A stretch of 64,000 bases of DNA from Fidelibacterota bacterium. Its GTDB lineage: Bacteria; Fidelibacterota; UBA8477; JABMPR01. The translations under genes and the position numbers were made by a program. Numbering within the stretch: position 1 is the first letter of the stretch; every line of letters starts with the position of its first letter. The DNA lies in assembly GCA_018673925.1 (NCBI GenBank), contig JABHBL010000019.1, positions 45,960 through 109,959 of the forward strand, in the 5' to 3' direction. The notes beneath the pieces were generated by a model. That model worked only from the letters and a program-made list of their open reading frames with translations, had not been told where the DNA came from and did not search any database. Below are positions 60,076 through 64,000 of this stretch, piece by piece.

Positions 60076-61905
60076 TTAGACTGTATCGCCCTTGGCAAAC
60101 TGCAGGCGATACAATTTTTCATATAAACCACCCGCTTTACTCAAACTGGCATGATTCCCCTGTTCGACAATCTCACCATGGTCCATGACCAATATCTTAT
60201 CCGCACTTAAAATTGTTGAGAGACGGTGGGCAATGACAATCACGGTTCGACCTTTCATTAAGGTCTCAATGGCGGATTGAACCGCTTTTTCAGATTCTGT
60301 ATCCAGAGCAGAGGTTGCTTCGTCCAGAATAAGAATTGATGGATCCTTCAGTAGGGCTCTGGCAATGGCGATACGTTGTTTTTGACCCCCCGAGAGTCGA
60401 GCGCCATGCTCGCCCAGCATGGTTTCATACCCATCTTCCAGATTAAGAATAAAATCATGGGCATTGGCTTTTTGAGCGGCTGCTTCCACATCTGAGGCAC
60501 TACTCTCCATGCCATAGGCAATATTGTTGTAAACTGTGTCATTGAAAAGGATGGTCTCCTGAGAGACGATGCCTATCTGTCTGCGAATACTGGATCGAGT
60601 GAGTTTGCGAATGTCATTACCATCAATACTGATGCTACCTGCATTGATATCATGAAAACGGGGAATTAGATCCACGACTGTGGTTTTACCAGCGCCTGAG
60701 GGTCCTACCAAAGCGACAACTTCCCCTTTTTGGATAATTGTATCCAGATTCTTGATTGCCTGCATATCAGAGTTATCATAAGCAAAATCGACTGACTCAA
60801 ATCGAATTTCTTCCTGAAACTCTGGTAGATCCTGGCTGCCACTTTCGTCACGAATAGCCGGTTCAATATCAAGAACCTTAAAGACCCGACCTCCGGCTGC
60901 TACACCAGTTTGAATACTAATATTGACCTTAGCCAAATTTCTGATGGGTTGATAGATAGCGAATAGGATGACGATAAATCTTAAAAAGTCAGAGCTGCTA
61001 ATGGTGCCATATTCCAGCACCTGGACACCACCAAGCCACAGCAGTACTACAGCCATGCTGACACCTAGCATTTCAGTCACAGGCAAGGATAAACTCTGGA
61101 GGCTGATCTGCCGGAACATGAGTCGAAATAATTTTTGGGCTTCAGTTCCAAAACGCTTGTTCTCATTGTCTTCATTCACAAAAGCCTTGATGATCCTAAT
61201 CCCCGATATCATCTCGGTAAATCGCGAGGTAATCTCACCTAGTTGGGTCTGTACCCGTACTACCTTACGTCGAATACTTTTGCTTATTACTGCAATAAAT
61301 AAGGTGGTAATTGGAATAATAAGTATGGAAATCAGGGTCAGTTGCCAGTTAATGATGAACAGGATACTGAGATAGGCGATAATGTAGAGCGGTTCAATCA
61401 CTAATGGATGAAAAGTCGTGGCCAGTGCTTGATTCACTTTTAGCACATCGTTCATGGCGAGAGAAATGAGATCACCACTGCGGCGGGTTTGAAAAAAACT
61501 CAGTGGTTGCTGCAGGAAATGTTGATACAGCTTTAATCGTAGGTCTTGAACTACTTTCGCCTGGACATAACCAGTGAATAGCTTATTACCATAATAGGCA
61601 ATCGATTTAATCAGATAACTAAACAGTATAACCAAGGCCAGGGTGGCTAGAGCATCAACCGGAGTGCCGGAAAAGAAGTACTCACTGGTTAATTGTTTTA
61701 ACCTTTCGTTGAGATCAATATTACCAGTCAGGGATTCAGCTGGTGTCACAATCTGCTCATCAGGATTAGCAAAAATAGTCGTAATAAATGATGCTGATAA
61801 CCACAGCGTCAGAGAATGAAAGGCCACATTGATGATTGAGAAACCCACACCCACGCTTATTTGCGCCCAATACGGTTTGATCAGTTTTAGTATTCGTAAA
61901 TACAT
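60076..61905 (-). CDS. msbA: ABC transporter permease/ATPase, MsbA-like lipid exporter
   Basis: 6 TM N-domain; Walker A GPSGAGKTT, signature LSGGQKQRIAIARALL, Walker B ILILDEATSALD. Confidence 0.8.
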   Translation of the reverse strand: MYLRILKLIKPYWAQISVGVGFSIINVAFHSLTLWLSASFITTIFANPDEQIVTPAESLTGNIDLNERLKQLTSEYFFSGTPVDALATLALVILFSYLIKSIAYYGNKLFTGYVQAKVVQDLRLKLYQHFLQQPLSFFQTRRSGDLISLAMNDVLKVNQALATTFHPLVIEPLYIIAYLSILFIINWQLTLISILIIPITTLFIAVISKSIRRKVVRVQTQLGEITSRFTEMISGIRIIKAFVNEDNENKRFGTEAQKLFRLMFRQISLQSLSLPVTEMLGVSMAVVLLWLGGVQVLEYGTISSSDFLRFIVILFAIYQPIRNLAKVNISIQTGVAAGGRVFKVLDIEPAIRDESGSQDLPEFQEEIRFESVDFAYDNSDMQAIKNLDTIIQKGEVVALVGPSGAGKTTVVDLIPRFHDINAGSISIDGNDIRKLTRSSIRRQIGIVSQETILFNDTVYNNIAYGMESSASDVEAAAQKANAHDFILNLEDGYETMLGEHGARLSGGQKQRIAIARALLKDPSILILDEATSALDTESEKAVQSAIETLMKGRTVIVIAHRLSTILSADKILVMDHGEIVEQGNHASLSKAGGLYEKLYRLQFAKGDTV

Positions 61906-61912
61906 AAGGCTG

Positions 61913-62545
61913 CTAGTTTAGGAATTCCTGCAGTGCTTGGCGAGAGATTTCACCCTCTCTGAGAATTTTGAAAGGTGAGCTCGAAACATCGATTACCGTG
62001 CTTCCCCTGGAAGGGTTTATGGGTCCAATATCGATCATTAGATCAATCTGATTCGCATAATACGCTTCCACTTCAGATCTCGAGGACGCTGGTTTCATTC
62101 CGGCTGGATTGACACTAGTTGTGGTGATGGGCTTCCCAAACATTTCAGGTAATTCACGGGAAATGCTATCCCCTGGGACCCGAAACCCAACTGTGCCCAT
62201 TTGAGAGATCAATTGTGGAGCGAATTCATAATCAGTTCTGCAGATAACCGTCAGAGCCCCAGGCAGAAAAGCTTTGATTAATTCAATGGCTTTGTTGCTA
62301 AGGTCTGTGGCCATCTCGAGTAACTGGTGATTAGATGACAGGAGTACAGAGATTGGTGAATTGTCACGGGATTTGAGTGAATAGAGTGTGTCTACTGCTT
62401 TTGTGGAAGTCACATCTGCTCCTAAACCATAGAGCGTGTCCGTGGGGTAGACTATAACCTGATCTTCTTCCAGTGCGGTTCTTATTTCAGTAATTTCTTT
62501 GGCTGAAAAGGGATTGGCTTCAACGGCAGGACTGATGATTCTCAT
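61913..62545 (-). CDS. tsaC: L-threonylcarbamoyladenylate synthase (TsaC/YrdC family)
   Basis: VIVYPTDTLYGLGAD YrdC motif; start moved to Met16, which abuts the upstream lpxL-like stop. Confidence 0.85.
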   Translation of the reverse strand: MRIISPAVEANPFSAKEITEIRTALEEDQVIVYPTDTLYGLGADVTSTKAVDTLYSLKSRDNSPISVLLSSNHQLLEMATDLSNKAIELIKAFLPGALTVICRTDYEFAPQLISQMGTVGFRVPGDSISRELPEMFGKPITTTSVNPAGMKPASSRSEVEAYYANQIDLMIDIGPINPSRGSTVIDVSSSPFKILREGEISRQALQEFLN

Positions 62546-63486
62546 GAAGCTGACTTCGCTTTTCTTTCCTGACGATCCAGATCCCTCCAACGTCGGTGAA
62601 ACCAGAAATATTGTTCGGGATACTTGCGAATTTCTTGTTCTAGTTTGGAAGTCAGAGTTTGAGTAAGGTCATGCACCCACTCCTCAGTCATCGTTTCAGG
62701 AAGATCATAATCGATCTCTTCAATCTTAATCTTGTAGCGGCCGCGGTGCTGAGTACAGGCCAGGACAACCAATTTGGGTTTCACACGATAGGTCAGTACA
62801 GCTGCTCCCCGAGGTGTTGATGAGGGGATACCAAAGAAATCAACTTGAACCCCTTTTTTACCCTTATACTGATCCCCTACCACAGCTAATCCATAGGTTC
62901 TCACCAAGGCTTCTTCAAAAGCCGACATGCCTGACCAAGAGTTTACCAACTCCAATTGATGATATTCACGAATCTTTGTCAGAAACCAATCAGCTAGTGG
63001 ATTTTTTTGAATTCGATAGATGGAAGCTGCGCCATCACCAAGTCCACCTACATAGCGACCAGCCATTTCCCAGGAGCCAAAGTGTCCGGTAAAGTATAGA
63101 ATTGGTTCCTGTTGTTCTATGGATCCCAGGACATATTCATCCAGACCTGGTGCATCTACGAGAGAACGCGCTTTACGTTGGGTGATCATCCACAGTTTAA
63201 GGGTAGAGATAAATCCTTCGCCCCAATGCAAATAACAACCCTTGATAAGGGATTCAATGTCAGCCTCCCCCATAGCGGGAAAAGCCCTACGAATATTCCT
63301 AGCTACCGTGGATTTACGTTTGGTGAGCAACTTATAGGCAATCCAGCCAAAGCCTCGGCCAAGACGCCATGAAAGCGCCCAGGGTAGGATAAACAGGATC
63401 AGATTGAAAACCATCATCAACAGGAATTCAAGCGTATATCTGATATATACCAGGGATGACACCGATTTATTATTGGGAGCTGCCAT
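62542..63486 (-). CDS. lipid A biosynthesis lauroyl/myristoyl (Kdo2-lipid IVA) acyltransferase, LpxL/HtrB family
   Basis: N-terminal TM, ...ILYFTGHFGSWEM... (HX4-type acyltransferase region); adjacent to msbA. Confidence 0.7.
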   Translation of the reverse strand: MAAPNNKSVSSLVYIRYTLEFLLMMVFNLILFILPWALSWRLGRGFGWIAYKLLTKRKSTVARNIRRAFPAMGEADIESLIKGCYLHWGEGFISTLKLWMITQRKARSLVDAPGLDEYVLGSIEQQEPILYFTGHFGSWEMAGRYVGGLGDGAASIYRIQKNPLADWFLTKIREYHQLELVNSWSGMSAFEEALVRTYGLAVVGDQYKGKKGVQVDFFGIPSSTPRGAAVLTYRVKPKLVVLACTQHRGRYKIKIEEIDYDLPETMTEEWVHDLTQTLTSKLEQEIRKYPEQYFWFHRRWRDLDRQERKAKSAS

Positions 63487-63501
63487 AATCAGCTGAAATC
63501 T

Positions 63502-64000
63502 CTATAGCCGAGATATATCCTGAATGGTGATAAACAGAACCATACCCAATAAGAATAACATGCCTACCTGCTGAATGATCAACTTCACATTCAAAGGTAG
63601 AGGTCGACGGATAATACCTTCTATACTGATGATGATGAAATGACCACCGTCTAGACCAGGTATAGGTAAAATATTTATAAAAGCCAGATTCACACTGATA
63701 ATGGCCATGAAATAAAATACATCAAGCCAGCCACGACGAGCCATATCCCCGGCCATCTTGGCGATCATAATAGGTCCACCTACTTGATCCATGGAGGTGG
63801 CACCAGTGACCATGGACCAAAATCCACGAGCCATAAGTGTTCCGAACATGTAGGTGCTTCGGGCACCAAAGGAAACCGATTCAACAAAACCCAGATCAGT
63901 ATGCTCTGTAACTCGACCAATACCAATCATACCAATATCTATGGTTCCCTCTGCTGTGGGTACAGTCTCTTTGACAACAGCTATTGAATCACTGTAACGG
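63502..64000 (-). CDS. rseP: RIP metalloprotease RseP (site-2 protease), C-terminal part; gene continues beyond the window end
   Basis: C-terminal LAFINILPIPGLDGGH motif and last TM helices; frame remains open to position 64000. Confidence 0.7.
   Translation of the reverse strand, partial: RYSDSIAVVKETVPTAEGTIDIGMIGIGRVTEHTDLGFVESVSFGARSTYMFGTLMARGFWSMVTGATSMDQVGGPIMIAKMAGDMARRGWLDVFYFMAIISVNLAFINILPIPGLDGGHFIIISIEGIIRRPLPLNVKLIIQQVGMLFLLGMVLFITIQDISRL

Noticed and set aside
1-64000. CRISPR arrays, IS elements, integrases, prophage genes
   Set aside because: Scanned intergenic regions for regularly spaced direct repeats and ORFs for transposase/integrase/capsid motifs; none found.

Overview
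This 64 kb chromosomal window is about 42% GC and densely coding, mostly housekeeping and transport genes. Gene content (DUF3098, LpoB/CsgG-like lipoprotein, Xly-like giant lipoprotein, -33 TTTG / -7 TAnnTTTG promoter) and frequent ATGA stop/start coupling suggest a marine FCB-group (Bacteroidota/Marinimicrobia-like) bacterium; this is inference only. Recognisable genes include two Fur-family regulators, one heading a fur-feoA-feoB-feoC-like operon, plus pcrA, mltG, pckA, add, an OPT transporter, sucCD, ndk, rpmB, rnd, rsgA, dusB, tsaC, msbA, lpxL, a partial rseP and an nfeD-floA operon. One tRNA-Asp(GTC) is present. No rRNA, CRISPR array, transposase or integrase was seen. Five things look unusual. 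First, a C-GCAxxG-C-C family gene only reads as a full family member if an in-frame TGA at 44950..44952 is decoded as selenocysteine; a SECIS-like hairpin follows the TGA. Second, a 0.33 kb GIY-YIG cassette sits immediately 3' of tRNA-Asp, bounded by perfect 43 bp direct repeats that carry the tRNA 3' end and an intrinsic terminator. Third, a single 576 aa ORF fuses a membrane ICMT/PEMT-like methyltransferase, a PlsC-type acyltransferase and a zinc ribbon. Fourth, several small ORFs of unknown function are linked by ATGA overlaps. Fifth, a P-loop protein resembling cyclic 2,3-diphosphoglycerate synthetase is present. All calls are from reading the sequence and motif memory; no searches were run.
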